From Octopus sinensis (lineage: Eukaryota), in assembly GCF_006345805.1 (NCBI RefSeq), contig NC_043002.1, forward strand, positions 79,918,001 through 79,982,000: DNA of 64,000 nucleotides, read 5' to 3'. Shown here in pieces: positions 26,643 through 40,724 of this stretch. Below the pieces are notes generated by a model. The model saw only the letters and a program-made list of their open reading frames with translations. It had not been told where the DNA came from and made no database searches. The position numbers and the translations under genes were made by a program. How positions within the stretch are numbered: the stretch's first letter is position 1; each line of letters opens with the position of its first letter.

Positions 26643-27704
26643 CAGGGAGAGTGTTGTGTATCATGTCTATTAAAATTGCGCATAAAATATATAAAGTTTA
26701 TATATAAAGTACATTAAGTAATCCTCGTATTCCAGTTTCCTTTACTTTTCAATGATTAGCTGACGAGCGACTATATTTTGATACAAATACAACACAGACT
26801 ACGCTTTCAGGTATTTTGGATAAAGTTTTCCAAAATAACCCAATAAGTTTACTATTAGTTCCGCGAAATAGTCACGAGTCCCGTTAATAACATTTAAAAT
26901 ATACGTATACCAATGTATCACCGTACATGTCTTTGTATATGTCGTTGTTTTGATACACTGCTAAGATCCACAGATATTACTCCACAGTGACATAGAGGAC
27001 TCATAATGCCTCTAGTTGTTGACTGATATATAGTTTATCGACAATCGGAATGATGAATGATGATATCAACATCATTGACAGAATAATTCTTTAGTCTTAT
27101 GTTCTCATCTTGCACGCAGCTGTTTATCTTTGATATTACTTTGTTTATTGCCAGCAAATCTTGACGTCTTGTATTTAATCATGTGAAGAAAGTCTGTGTA
27201 CTTTTGTGAGATTCTGAACAACAGAATAATGTTTCTGCCACAAAATTGTCAGCTTTACCGATACGAATGAGCAGTAGCCTCCAGATGTGACTGGCACTTA
27301 TTCTCTGATCAGCGGACTGGAACAATGTTAAATGGTCTGGGAATTGAAACCACGTCTTGGTATAGTTGTAGTACAATGTATCTAAAAAAAAAAAAAAAAT
27401 TCCTCACCATTCAAAAGCTGCCGGGATCAACTTTGTCTTTCATCTTTTAGGGGTTGATCAAACAAGTACCAGTTAAACACTGGGGTGGATGTAATTTATT
27501 AAATCCCTTCTCAGAAATTGCTGGCCTTGTACCAAACTTTGCAAACCAATAATTCTTCGCCTTTCTGCTTTAAATCAATAAATTCTCTTTGACTGACACT
27601 AATACCTTATTTGCGCAGTGAAACACACCATCTGACGCACATCAACTGATGAGAATTGCAAACGGTAAGATATCTAAAAAGTATCCGTGGTTCATCTACG
27701 TGCA

Positions 27705-28040
27705 AGTTTCTTCTATAATAACCTCAGGTTGACTAAAGCGTTGTGAATAGTTTTGGTAGATGGAAACTGAAAGAAGCCCATCGAATAAATATGTGTGTGT
27801 GTGTGTGTCTTTGTGTCGGTGTTCGTCCCCGCCCCCATTACCACTTGATAAACAGGGTTGGTCTGTTCACGTCCCCGTAACTTAGCAGTTCAGCAAAAGG
27901 CACTGATCGAATAAGTACCAGGCTTAAAAAATAAATTCTGCGTTTGATTTGCGGGCCTAAAATCCTTCAAGGCGATGCTCCAGCATGGCCATCGTCAAAT
28001 GACTGAAACAAGTAAACAAAAATAAAAGATAAAAGAATAA
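27705..28040 (+). mobile_element. SINE family A, 5'-degraded
   Basis: TGGTAGATGGAAACTGAAAGAAGCCC, (TG)n linker, and tail ...GACTGAAACAAGTAAA. Confidence 0.8.
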
Positions 28041-28115
28041 ATGCTTACACACACACACAAACACACACACACACTCACTCACTCACATACGCCTGCGTAT
28101 ACACATACATACATA

Positions 28116-28154
<39 letters not shown>

Positions 28155-28327
28155 TTATTTCGTTAATCATAAAAGAAGGAAAGACAAAATCGACCTCTGG
28201 CGAATTTGAACTTAGAACGTAAAGAGCTGAAAGAAATACTACCAAGCACTACGTCTAGCATGCAATCGATTAAGACGTCTTATATGAATGGCATCACGTT
28301 TCGTGGACGAGGGATAAACGGTTTGTC

Positions 28328-29001
28328 TTTCTATCTTTTACGTGTTTCAGTCATTTAACTGCAGCCATTTTGGTGCACCGCCTAATTTAGTCAACACGTC
28401 AACCCTAGGACATAAATATTTTTTGTTGTCTTTTTTTTTAGTTCTTATGCTGCGGGTGTGATTTGCCGATCCGCTAGGTTACGGAGACGTAAAGACACTA
28501 GTACCGGTTGTCCAAGCGTTGATGGGAGACATACACAGACACAAACACATACACACAACAAGGCGGCGAGCTGGCAGAAACGTTAGCACGCCGGGCGAAA
28601 TGCTTAGCGGCATTTCGCCTGCCGTTACGTTCTGAGTTCAAATTCCGCCGCGGTTAACTTTACCTTTCATCCTTCCGGGGTCGATAAATTAAGTACTGGC
28701 TACGCACTGGGGTCGATTTAATCGACTTAGTCCCTTTGTTTGACCTTGTTTGTCTTCTCTTTGCTTTGCCCCTTGTGGGCAATAAAGAAATAACAAACAC
28801 ACACACATACTCCACACACACACACCACACACACACATACATATATGACGGGCTTCTTCCAGTTTCTGTCTACCAAATCCATACACAAAGCTTTGGTTGG
28901 CTCTATTGTAGAAGCAGTTGTCCAAGGTGCCACGCTGTGGGACTGAAACAGGAACCATGCGTTTGGGAAACAGGCTTCTTACCACACAACCACGCCTGCG
29001 T
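28328..29001 (-). mobile_element. SINE family A interrupted by a plus-strand family B SINE (28560-28790)
   Basis: A tail at 28328-28555, a B element starting AAGGCGGCGAGCTGG inside the (CA) linker, then the A head to 29001. Confidence 0.88.
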
Positions 29002-29420
29002 TCCACAACCTGGACAGTCGATTTGTTTATAGGGATCGAATACGTGAGCTGAATACTAGCTAGTTGTCTCAAGAAATCAACGATGCCCGAACAGGTACAC
29101 TTTGTGCCACGTGTCGAGGTGACCGCGCGGCAACGTGAGTTGAAGTGATGTAGAAGAAGAGCATAACGTATCGCTCCAGCCCAGAAATGGAACTCACTAT
29201 CTCTCAATCGTGAGTGCAGCATTGTAACCACTGGGGCACATGACCTTAAAATCACATACACATGCACGGAGTCAGAGATAGAGAGTTGAGAGAGATGGAA
29301 GGAGAGAGAGAGGGAGGGAAAGAGGAGGGAGAGAGAGATAGAAACAGCTAGGTATAGAGACAGATTGCTATACATACACACATATATCTATATATCTGTG
29401 TAAATGTGTATTATATATAC

Positions 29421-29457
<37 letters not shown>

Positions 29458-30890
29458 ATATACATATATATGTATGTATATAAGCATATATTATGATACA
29501 TTACTCCAATACACTAACAAACATTGACACACATCACATACATATACACATATATAGAGAGATACAGAGACATAGATATGTATATAGATAGCTAGACATA
29601 CACACATATATCTATATATCTGTGTAAATATATGTGTGTATGTATCTATGTATGTATATATATATGTATGTATGTAAGCATACATTATGATACATAGACA
29701 CATATATCTATCTATCTGTGTAAATGTATATATGTATATATATATATTTATATATATATATATATGTGCATGTATATAAGCATACATTATGATGCATTAC
29801 TCCATTACACACACACACACTCACGCACACACAAACACACACACACACACATATCTATATATATCGTTTCGTGTGAATGTGTGACGTGTGTTGTTAAGAT
29901 GCGAGTTTGTGTGTGTTTGTATGTGTGTGATCCAATGAAAATGTCTTCTTTCTTTAATGTAAAAGCGTTATTGTCTGTGATATGAGGGTGGCTGGGTGGT
30001 TGGGTTGTTTGATGTTGACTTTTCTGTTATCAGGTTATTCAGTGCGTGAAGTGGAGCCTGGGTGGGTCTTCAGTGTCTATGTGCGTGCATAAGTATATGA
30101 ATACACACACAGCGCGTATATGTCCCCCTATGCATGTATGTGTATTTATCTACACACTCACACACGCACCCAGACGGATTCACACCTACACACTCACACA
30201 TACATACACACACAACACACACACACACACAAACACACACACATACAGACAAACACACATACACACATATATGTTTCTGAGTGTGTGCGGATGTACATGA
30301 GTGTATGGGTGTGTTTTCTTGGGTTTTACATAAGCGCATTTGAAACAAAATATGAGAGAAGTATTGCAGGTGCAGCTAAGAGCAACGAACGTTAATGTCG
30401 TCCGAATTGGAAGGGGGAACCCTATGAGTTTTTGGATGTGGAGTGTTAACTTCACACGTATGCGCTTAAAACTTAACGAAGTAATATTTTACTACGTGTA
30501 GCTTTTTTAATTTCCATACAGACGCTCTTAAAAACTGGTGTTCAATTAATTACATATTCTACCAAGAACTCAGGCTCAATGTTTTTTTCTCTGGTTGTCA
30601 ATCCGTCTTTCCGTATTTTTGCCTGTTTGTTCAAATGACGAGTAGATCTCTATAGGATTGTGCATGTATACGCACAGCGCTCACGCACATGCGTATATAC
30701 ATATGTACATATGCATACATACATAAATACATACATACATACATACATACTTATGTACATATACAGACACGCATACGTATATACATAGATACATACATAC
30801 ATACACACACACACACTTTATATATATATACATATATGTCTATGTATGTATGTATGTATGTATGTATGTATGTGTATGCATATACTCTGA

Positions 30891-30930
<40 letters not shown>

Positions 30931-31186
30931 CAGACAGACAATATGTGTATATGTGTGTGTGTTTCTGTATGTGTGTGTTTTTGTGTGTGTGTGTGTATGT
31001 GTGAGTTTGTGTGTGTAAAGTATTTATCAAGCGGATGGGTTGATGGGTTTTTTTTGCCCATAACGTATGCTAACTCTGGAACTGCATGTATAAAGCAAGC
31101 CTGATGCTTGCAGAGAAGGAAACGGCAACAAGGTAAGACATTTCAAAGGATTATTATACTGTAGTAGTAGTAGTAGTAGTAGTAGT

Positions 31187-31232
<46 letters not shown>

Positions 31233-31999
31233 GGGGGAATTGCGCTGTAACAGCATGCCACTGCATCCATCATTTGTTGGTGATTGCCCTACTCCTGACG
31301 GATGACACTTTTGCACTACGTAGGCGGAAACCCTCTAGCCCACGTATCTGCTTTGTGTAATTATTGCTGATGTGATGTTTTGGTGGTCGGAGTGCAAGCC
31401 CTACCTTAACAACTTTAGTTCTTTAGTATCTTTTAAGTTACACAGAGAAAACGTTGGGTCTGTTTTGTGCAAGTCGGTCTCCACATTGATCATAGGGACG
31501 ATTGGTGAGTGCGACTCCATTGCGTCTAGTCACATTATGCGTCGCAAGAAAATGAGAGATGAACGTGGGTACGGCTGGGGGGGGGGATATACATAAAAAA
31601 TAGTTTAAATCGTTAAGTTTACGGTTCGAATGGCAAAATCTAGACAAAAATCACTTGTAAGACAGCTGTTGATGCGAGCTGATGATTGTGACTTTGCTAA
31701 TCAGACTAATTACTGGTTTTCTTGATGAAACATTCTTGATAGTAGCGACAAAAGCCATCATAAAAAAAGAACCGTATTTCATTGTGTATATAACTTAGTT
31801 TCGAAAAGGAGCGGATCAGCAAATGATTGAATTTAAAATACTTTCTCTGTTTAAAGAGAAATATTAGTGTTAATGAGGATGTTTTGTGCTATGGTAAGCA
31901 TATGGGTCCTTAGCGGTTGGGAACCTTAGCACTTGGAGCGATAATTATGAAGGCCACTGCACGCGAATCAGGTTGTTAGAGTGGGGCGATATTCACAAA

Positions 32000-32551
32000 C
32001 ATGCAGGAAGTGAACAGACACCTTTAATTTTTCAAAATCTTTTATTTGATATTAATTGGTTGAAAGAGAGGTGTCCATAATACCCAAGATTATGCAGATA
32101 TGCAACACACGTTCTTGGACTAACTTCAAGCTGTTTTGCAATGTCAGAAGCCTTCGAATGGGGTTCGTTATCCACAATTCTCTTCAAACAGCGAAGCTTC
32201 CTTTCCGAGGGACCAGATCGGCCGGGACGAGAATCTGTTGATTCTTTTCCTTTGCTTTTGAATTGTACTATAATTCTATTAAGAGAAGCAAGAGAAATTT
32301 GAAGATTTTCAGCAATTTTTCGCTGGCTAAGACCAGTCTCAGATTGCCCAACAATACGACCTCTTTGAAAATCTGACAATTCTGCTGAATTTTTTGTACA
32401 TGGCAAACATTACTCTTTGCAAATGTTTAATATAATGGCACCTGGAATGAAAAAGAATAATTACATTGTAAATTCTACACTGCTGAAAACATGTTAATAT
32501 GCTTAAATCAGAAATTTTGCAAATTAAATGTGTCTATTTACTTCCTGCATG
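32000..32551 (-). mobile_element. Tc1-family DNA transposon, internal deletion derivative
   Basis: 31-bp TIRs (CATGCAGGAAGTGAACAGACACCTTTAATTT and the reverse complement of AAATTAAATGTGTCTATTTACTTCCTGCATG, 3 mismatches). The enclosed frame AELSDFQRGRIVG...GLSQRKIAENL...GRSGPSER.LR.LKRIV is a Tc1 paired-type HTH. No DDE domain. Confidence 0.9.
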
Positions 32552-33287
32552 TCTGTGTAAATTAATTGTCTGATAGCTACTGAACGTTCTTTCCTACAAA
32601 TTGAAGTTCAAAATTTGGTCATGAAATAATAAATGATTAACTAAAGTTAAAATTTTCTTATGTGTGTTTTAGTGGATAATATACGTCGCAATTATCATAC
32701 ATATACGTGTGTGTGTATGCATCTGTCTCTATGTTTGAGTATACGTATGAGTGTGTATAAATATAATTACATTTGACATCGGAGTGACTTGTTACTGTGC
32801 CTACTAATTTAAAATTTCTAGCACAGTTCTATACTTAACTCGAGACAAGGACACGTGGACATGACACCGAGTCAAAGACCAAACACTTTGTATTGCAGCC
32901 AGGGTCTACCACGGACCTCACAGCATTTTCAATGCCAAACAGTGATTCTTCGCTAATATTGGGAGTAATCTACGAATGAAGAGATGTTTGTCTCTGTTAT
33001 CTTGCCGTCTTGCTTTCGGTACATAAAATAGTTTATTCTGTAAAGAGGTTGTTTGCAGACGCTTCTGTGTAAGCCTTATTGCACAGTGTAACTTTCACAC
33101 ACAGAGCCAAAGATAAGGTTATGCAAATAGGTAGATAGGGAGAAAGAGAAGAGGGGAAAGAGATGGATATAAGTAAATGTCAGATACTTATATATTTGCA
33201 TACACATGTGTGTGTGTGTGAGTGTGTGTGTGTATACGCACGCAAGCACACACGTATGTATATATATATATATATATAAACGCACAC

Positions 33288-33348
<61 letters not shown>

Positions 33349-33596
33349 ATATATATATGTGTGCGTGTGCATTCATGTTTGTGTGTGGGGGTGTAACCAA
33401 TATAAGCGGGTATTTGCAAAATTTTACACTTTGAGATGTAAAACAAGTACTTGGAGAGAAAGAGAAATACGTAGACAACTAGTAAAATAAATTAAAACAT
33501 TCGACAGAATGATAGCATGTTTAAACGGTAAGACGCTATATATATATATACGTTCATATATTTATTATAAGTGAATAAATCTACTGTCTAACACAT

Positions 33597-33637
<41 letters not shown>

Positions 33638-33919
33638 CATATATGTGTGTGTGTGGGGGGGGGGTGTTATCTTTGGTAAGAAAGAGAGAGATTGACGGAT
33701 AAAGACAAGCAGAGAGAGATACAAATAAATGATAGACAAATAGATAGATAGATAGATAGATAGAGACAGCCAGGTAGACAGAAAGACAGACATACATGGA
33801 TGCATTCATATATATATACGTACATACATATATACCTACCTACATATATATATATATCCATACATGTATATATATACATATATATATGTATGAATGTATA
33901 TATGTATATGCATAATAAT

Positions 33920-34030
33920 ACATACATACATACATACATACATACATACATACATACATACATACATACATACATACATACATACATACATACATACATA
34001 CATACATACATACATACATACATACATACA
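33920..34030. repeat. (CATA)n microsatellite
   Basis: Direct reading. Confidence 0.96.
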
Positions 34031-34175
34031 GATACAGAGATACATAAAGGAACAGATTACGAAGACACAGGTACGTTTTTATGCAGTACACACGTAACAA
34101 CACATACGCACGTACACACAACACAAACACATCTATGTACACATGCACAAAGAAACAAACAAGCAAGTAGACACA

Positions 34176-34206
<31 letters not shown>

Positions 34207-34741
34207 GTACACACACATACACACACACATGCCAATATAGCACACAGAACAAACTTACCAATGATCAGTCGAATTACACGAGTGTCAAAAAAAAGCGTTG
34301 ATCGTAAGGTTTGCTTATTCTACAATAAATAACAAAAGTCTTATCAATCAAGTGAAATATTAGAAGATTAGTGAATGTTTGTCTTTAAATATTTACCCCA
34401 TTGACACGGCGTTCAGCGAACGTGTGTAAGTATCAATGTTGTACTTTACATCTTATCTCACTTTAAAGCTTTCACGCTTCTAGACATGCACACACACACA
34501 CACTCACAACTTTAACGCACGTACATGTATTAACGTATATCTGTGTGTGTAGAGGTACTTTTCTTTCATGCTTTTATATCTAAAGTTTCATATCCGACGG
34601 CAATCATCAGCAAACGATGAATTACTCAAGATTACTGTTTTATAAAAATCAAGATTCTATCGAATAGCACACACGCACACTAACACACATCTGTGTGTGT
34701 ATGTGTCTATATATATATATATATATTATATAATATATATA

Positions 34742-34781
<40 letters not shown>

Positions 34782-34794
34782 TGTTATTATTAAT

Positions 34795-34828
<34 letters not shown>

Positions 34829-34883
34829 GTATATATATATGTATATATATTATATATGTATATATATATATATGTATATATAG

Positions 34884-34915
<32 letters not shown>

Positions 34916-34934
34916 TATATATATATTATATATA

Positions 34935-35125
34935 TAGTTAATCCAAACATGAAAACACAAAGAGAAAACACAACAACGAGAGGACGTGGAACAAGTATAG
35001 TATTATTGGACGCTCAGGAGAGAAGGAAAGAAGGAGGGTTTAATGTTTCGAGCGGAGCACTTCGTCAGAGACATAGGGAAAGGAAAGATCCAAAGAAAGG
35101 AAGACCGAGGAAAAAACTCGCCAAC
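34935..35125 (-). mobile_element. Penelope-like pseudo-LTR fragment with degenerate hammerhead (35038-35072)
   Basis: Minus GTCT-CTGACGA-A-GTGC TCC GCTC-GAAA-CAT-T-AAAC, embedded next to (TA)n. Confidence 0.55.
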
Positions 35126-35757
35126 GGTACAGACGCGATACATATATATATATGTATGTATGGATGTATGCATGCATGTATGGATGTATGCATGTATGTA
35201 TCTATGTATGCATGTATGTATGCATGTATGTATGCATGTATGTATGTATGTAAGCATATGGATATGAAAATATACAGAGCAGCATACAGACGGATAGGTA
35301 TAAAGGTTATATGAACAGACAAGCACACATACAGAAATGGAGACTGAAACACATGACCATATATACACACACCCTTTACTCCACACAAGGACACATATGG
35401 AGACACGGGTCCACACATATAGAGATGCACATCCGTACATACATTTATACATACGAATACACACATGCATACATACACACACATGCATACATACACACAC
35501 ATGCATATATACTATGTAAGTATGCATAAGTACATGCATGCATGCATAGGCACACACACACACACAAACACACACACATCTTTTGTTTCCGTGATGGTAG
35601 AGCACCGCCTTGAAGAATTGTTGTCGAGTGAAACGACCTCTTTGCCGAACTGCTAGGTTAAAAGGATGTAAACACACCAACACCTGTTATCAAGCGGTGG
35701 TGGGAGACAGGCTTAGGCCCAAAGACACAACACACACACAAATATATATATATATAT

Positions 35758-36432
35758 AAATTTAACAATTAAGGATAAAATCTTAATAAGAAATCTTAAC
35801 AAGAAATTATCAGGTAGTTAGCGTGAAAAACCTCATAAGAGAAAAAAATCTGAAAATTTTTTTCACTTGAAAATATTTATTTATATTATATAGAGGGAAT
35901 TATTACACATAAATGCCACACGCTAGGAGGTACTTTGAAAGTCATTACTACCAAAAATAAACGAATCGTCCCAAATACAGATCTCGAAGCAAGACATTTA
36001 GAAAAAGAATTTAGTTCCAAATCACTTGTGATTTCGCAATTAACGTATTATTTACGTCTTTTGTTCATCAGTGAAACATATTCAGAATACATCAAAAATA
36101 AACAAAACCAAACATACCTAGCGGAACCGAACAGACAAACCGTCGCCTCAACCGTAGCACATGGAAGTGTTTATTCATCATATATTCATGTAAATGGCGG
36201 GCTTTTTCGAACTGCATTTCGGGAGGAAATGTGTTTCATCGGAACAAATTTAACAATCAAGGATAAAATCTTAATAAGAAATCTTAACAAGAAATTATCA
36301 TTTAGTTAGCGTGAAAAACCTCATAAGAGAAAAAATCTGAAAATTTTTTCACTTGAAAATATTTGTAGTAATGACTTTCAAAGTACCTCCTAGCGTGTGG
36401 CATTTATGTGTAATAATGCCCTCTATATAATA
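35758..36432 (-). mobile_element. Penelope-like non-autonomous element with terminal redundancy and 5' inversion
   Basis: A 120-bp block is directly repeated (35758-35878 and 36246-36364), a 68-bp block is inverted (35884-35951 versus 36365-36432), and a hammerhead lies in between. Flanked by (TA)n. Confidence 0.8.
36014..36077 (-). ncRNA. type I hammerhead ribozyme
   Basis: Minus GTTTCA-CTGATGA-ACAAAAGACGT AAATAAT ACGTTAATTGC-GAAA-TCAC AA GTGA-TT-TGGAAC. Six-bp stem I, 4-5-bp stem III, AUU site; A10.1-C11.1 mismatch. Confidence 0.72.
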
Positions 36433-36441
36433 TATATATAT

Positions 36442-36485
<44 letters not shown>

Positions 36486-36487
36486 TA

Positions 36488-37007
36488 CCGTAAATCCTCG
36501 AGTATAGCCGCCCTTGAGTATAATATTGAGGAGATTTTTAGGGGACTGTACCTCTGACAAACCTAAACATTGTATATAATACGCACCCCTTCTCTAACTT
36601 AAGTTGCGCGAAATTAAGCCAGCAGCACCTAGTCGAACAAACACTTCCACGCATGCGTAATACAATAATGGTGATGTTCTTAACAGTTATATGGGAATGT
36701 AAATATGTTTGCAAATTGTTTTTGTTATATGTTATTCTGTGTTCTGAATACCTTTATTTTAATAAATGTTGCTTACTGCAAGTTATGGACGATTCTTTTA
36801 TGACTTCATTGCTTTCGGGCTTAGTCTAAAATATTTTCGCGCCCGACATCATAAAATGCGTCCGAATAAACATTGCCGGACAGCAAATAGAGACTCAGAC
36901 ATTGCTTAGAAAATACTTTTCATTTTTAACCTCGTATATAGTACGCCCTAGGGATTATGACCTTTAAATTTTGGGAAAAAATGCGGATTATACTCGAGGA
37001 TTTACGG
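36488..37007. mobile_element. Tc1/mariner-superfamily (pogo/Tc2-type) MITE
   Basis: Perfect 19-bp TIR CCGTAAATCCTCGAGTATA / TATACTCGAGGATTTACGG; TA on both sides within (TA)n; no ORF. Confidence 0.92.
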
Positions 37008-37138
37008 TATATATATATACATATGTATATATATATATATAGAGAGAGATACGAGTGAGTGAACAAGCGAAAGAAGGGCACTCAACAAATTTATTGGGAG
37101 TTACATGTATGGATCAAGACAGTTTCATTGTAATTCGT

Positions 37139-37629
37139 TGGTACTCCGAGTTTAAGCGTGGTGCTGGTCTTCAGCCATTTGGAAATTGATGTCGATTGTT
37201 ATTAGAGCATGGTGGGCCGCGATTAGTCGAGGAAGGTCATGTGGTGCTGTGATTTGATGTTGGTATTTCGGTATATCATCGACAATAAATGCGCACGCTC
37301 GCATCAATACAGTCATGCACACTAAACCATGTGACCGCGTCCACTCACCCACATATAGAACTATATACTTGCGCATACTGCCCCTTCCTATTACTCCTCC
37401 AACAATCCGACCGATTCCTTGCCTGCCACGCGGTCGATTTCCTCTTCAGCACGCGGTATTTATCAACTAACTGTTGTCGCTAATATACCGATATACCAAC
37501 ATCAAACGACGACACCACGTGACGTACCTCGACCAATCCCAACCCACATACGGTAATAATAATCAGCTTCTTTCATCCAAATTCAAAGTGCCTGAAGACT
37601 TGCATCACTCCTGAAACTGGGAGTACCAA
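37139..37629. mobile_element. element with long (about 150 bp) diverged terminal inverted repeats
   Basis: The left arm TTGGTACTCC...GATGTTGGTATTTCGGTATAT aligns by eye, at roughly three-quarters identity, to the reverse complement of ATATACCGATATACCAACATC...GGAGTACCAA. No TSD found. Confidence 0.7.
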
Positions 37630-37643
37630 AGAAGTTGGATCAA

Positions 37644-37683
<40 letters not shown>

Positions 37684-37710
37684 GTATGTGTGTGCATGTG
37701 TGTGTATATG

Positions 37711-37765
<55 letters not shown>

Positions 37766-38475
37766 GTATATATACATGTATATATATATATGTATACATA
37801 TATGGAAGATTGGCTTGATTTAATTTAATCAGGTTAGTTTACATTAACAGCGGATGAAACGGTATACCGTACAAGAAATTACAGGGTAAATGTTTTTTTA
37901 ATTTCTCCTGTTTACGGAATTAATCTTTATTTGCGGTAGAAGCTTTGGCTGTTATTTCTAGTGGGTGAATGGCCTATTATGGCCGTTCCTTAATTGTTAA
38001 TGTTGAACTTAAAAATGGTCTATGAATTAATTTTTTTCCCGCTGGCCGCTGGTGGCAATAAAATTCTACAAAATTTTCCTTGCCACCCTATATGAGTAAT
38101 ATAGATGTATATATATATTTGTATATATATGTATATATATATATATATATAAATATATATAGATATGTTTACGACACGTTTCTATCAGTTCATATCTACC
38201 AAATCCACTCCCAAGGTTTAGGTCGGCTGAAGTTATAAGAGAAAACTCTTGCCCAAGGTGCTACGCAGTGTTACTGAATTTGGAAGCATGTGTTTGAGAG
38301 AAATGGTCTTACCACATAGCCACGCATTCATACATATGAATCAGCCGGCCATCGGCTGCAGATCAGTGAAAGAGTTACGACATCATAAGCACACCTGCAT
38401 TAGCTGTCAAGCGATGGTGAGAGGACAAACACAGGCGCACAACTAATACATACATACATACATATGCACATACAT

Positions 38476-38514
<39 letters not shown>

Positions 38515-38537
38515 AATTATATATATATACATATGTA

Positions 38538-38587
<50 letters not shown>

Positions 38588-38651
38588 TATATTTATATGC
38601 GACAGGCTTCTTAAAAGTACCAAATATATATAAATATATATATACATATAT

Positions 38652-38687
<36 letters not shown>

Positions 38688-38854
38688 CTATACGACAGGC
38701 TTCTTATATATACCAAATATAATATAATATGTATATATATACATATATACATATATGCATATATATATGTATGTACGTGTATATATATACATATATATAT
38801 GCTGTGGTATTTCCCAATTTCCCATATGCAGTTATACATACACACACATCCATT

Positions 38855-38900
<46 letters not shown>

Positions 38901-39294
38901 GAAGCACACGGTATACGAGGGCGCGCACACATACATAAACATGCACAGGAACATTTACACATATGCATTCATACATACACCTACACATGCATTTTTAAAT
39001 GTTATGTACATAAATGAATGAGAATTTGATCCCCAGATACAAAGTGTCGAGTGTCTTGTTTATTTAGCGATAGTCTTTATTATGTAAGGTTTATCTTTCT
39101 TCCTTTCCTTTGGTATATTCTATCACGAATTTGCTTTCCTCTTATTTTCCTCTACATTTCCATTCAGAATTATTTAGATGTTACGTCATTGTTCCCTCAT
39201 GTCGTTATTGTATCCTGTTTCACAGAATTGTTATAATATTGATATCAAAACTGACATTTTAGTGGAAGTTTGACGGCGAAAAATCTTGTTATCC

Positions 39295-40260
39295 TTTTTT
39301 TTTTTCTGCCTTTAACCCTCCAACGCGGAGTATAGCCACTTATAATTGAATTCCATGTCGCATAATGTTTCGCTTCTGTACTTATACTCTGCCATGAATG
39401 TCCCCCTTTCTCTAGTTCCTTTTGTGTTGATCTACGCCACGAGATCTTAGGCCTACCTTTCTTTCTATATCCATCCGGATTCCACTGTAAAGCACTTTTC
39501 ACTACATTTGGTGTCTTTTCTAATTGTGCTACCAATCCACTTCCATTTTTTCTTAAATATTTGCTCCCTAATCGAAACTTGATTTGTTCTTTGCCATAGC
39601 TCCATATGCTTATGTGTTCGGGCCATCTAATTTTAAATATACTACGCAAGCATCTGTTGATGAATGATTGTATTTGCTTATTTGACTTAACTGTTGTCCG
39701 CCATGGCTCAGCCCCAAACAATAACACCGCTTTTACGTTAGTGTTGGAAATGTTATCTTACTACGTAAATACGTAAACTCGGTTACGTCCTCTAGTTTCT
39801 AGTTTAATACGTTCGCTATTTTCTTCATTAACGCGCATAATTTTTGATTTGTCGCGGTTGACTTTCAATCCTAGTTTGGCAGCTATTGCTTCTAAATTTG
39901 ACGTTTTATTTTGCATTTGGTTATATGTTTGTGAAAGCAGCGCTATATCATCTGCAAAGTCAAGATCTTCTAGAGCTTCTGCACCAGTCCATTTAATGCC
40001 TGTTTGGCTTTCAGTCGTAGTTTCCTTCATGATACAATCTATAACTAGTAGAAATAAAAAAGGGAGAAAGTATACAGCCCTGTCGAACTCCTGTTTTCAC
40101 TCCAAATTTATCCGTAGCTCAGTTTCCATGCATTGTTATTCTACTGGCGTGATAACTGAATTTAGTATCTCCAAAATGTTATTCTTTTATATTTTTTAAT
40201 TCGTTTGTCACATTGTTTTTCCTTCATGACATTAAATTCTTGTTGTATTGTGTCCTTGAC
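39295..40260 (-). mobile_element. 5'-truncated RTE-clade LINE (RT domain to 3' end), decayed
   Basis: Minus frames KTGVRQGCILSPFLFLLVID, LEDLDFADDIALLS, GLKVNRDKSKIM, LLFGAEPW..FINRCLRSI.KIRWP, LQWNPDGYRKKGRPKISWRR; A-rich 3' end; frameshifts. Confidence 0.93.
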
Positions 40261-40571
40261 CTCCGTATTTTAACTAACATCACGAATGATATTACATCGT
40301 CAAACATTTATCATAGCTCTAATTTAGACTAGACTGTCAGAATGAACTTCTACTGGTCTCTGTAACGTGAGAGAGTATCGGTTCTTTTGAGTGAGCATAT
40401 GTGTGTTGTAGAAAAGGGCTTTTACTCGACCCCTTCATGTCGAAGTAAAACTATCTAGTGTTGAACTCTTGACAAAATTTTATCTATAATTACAATTTCA
40501 TGATAGGTATCAACTGTGATTCGAGAGACAAATTGCATTTTGGTTTCATAAATATATGTATATACGTAACA

Positions 40572-40602
<31 letters not shown>

Positions 40603-40681
40603 AGAGAGAGAGAGAGAGGAATGGAGAGATAGATTGATAAATAGATATAGACACACACACACTCACACACACACACACACA

Positions 40682-40724
<43 letters not shown>

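Noticed and set aside
34259-34319. 61-nt minus-strand exon candidate with good AG and GTAAGT signals
   Set aside because: Its phase does not fit the next candidate (41148-41200), and such signals arise by chance in AT-rich DNA.
34570-34612. Minus-strand CTGATGA...GAAAC motif
   Set aside because: Stem II does not close and stems I and III do not pair.
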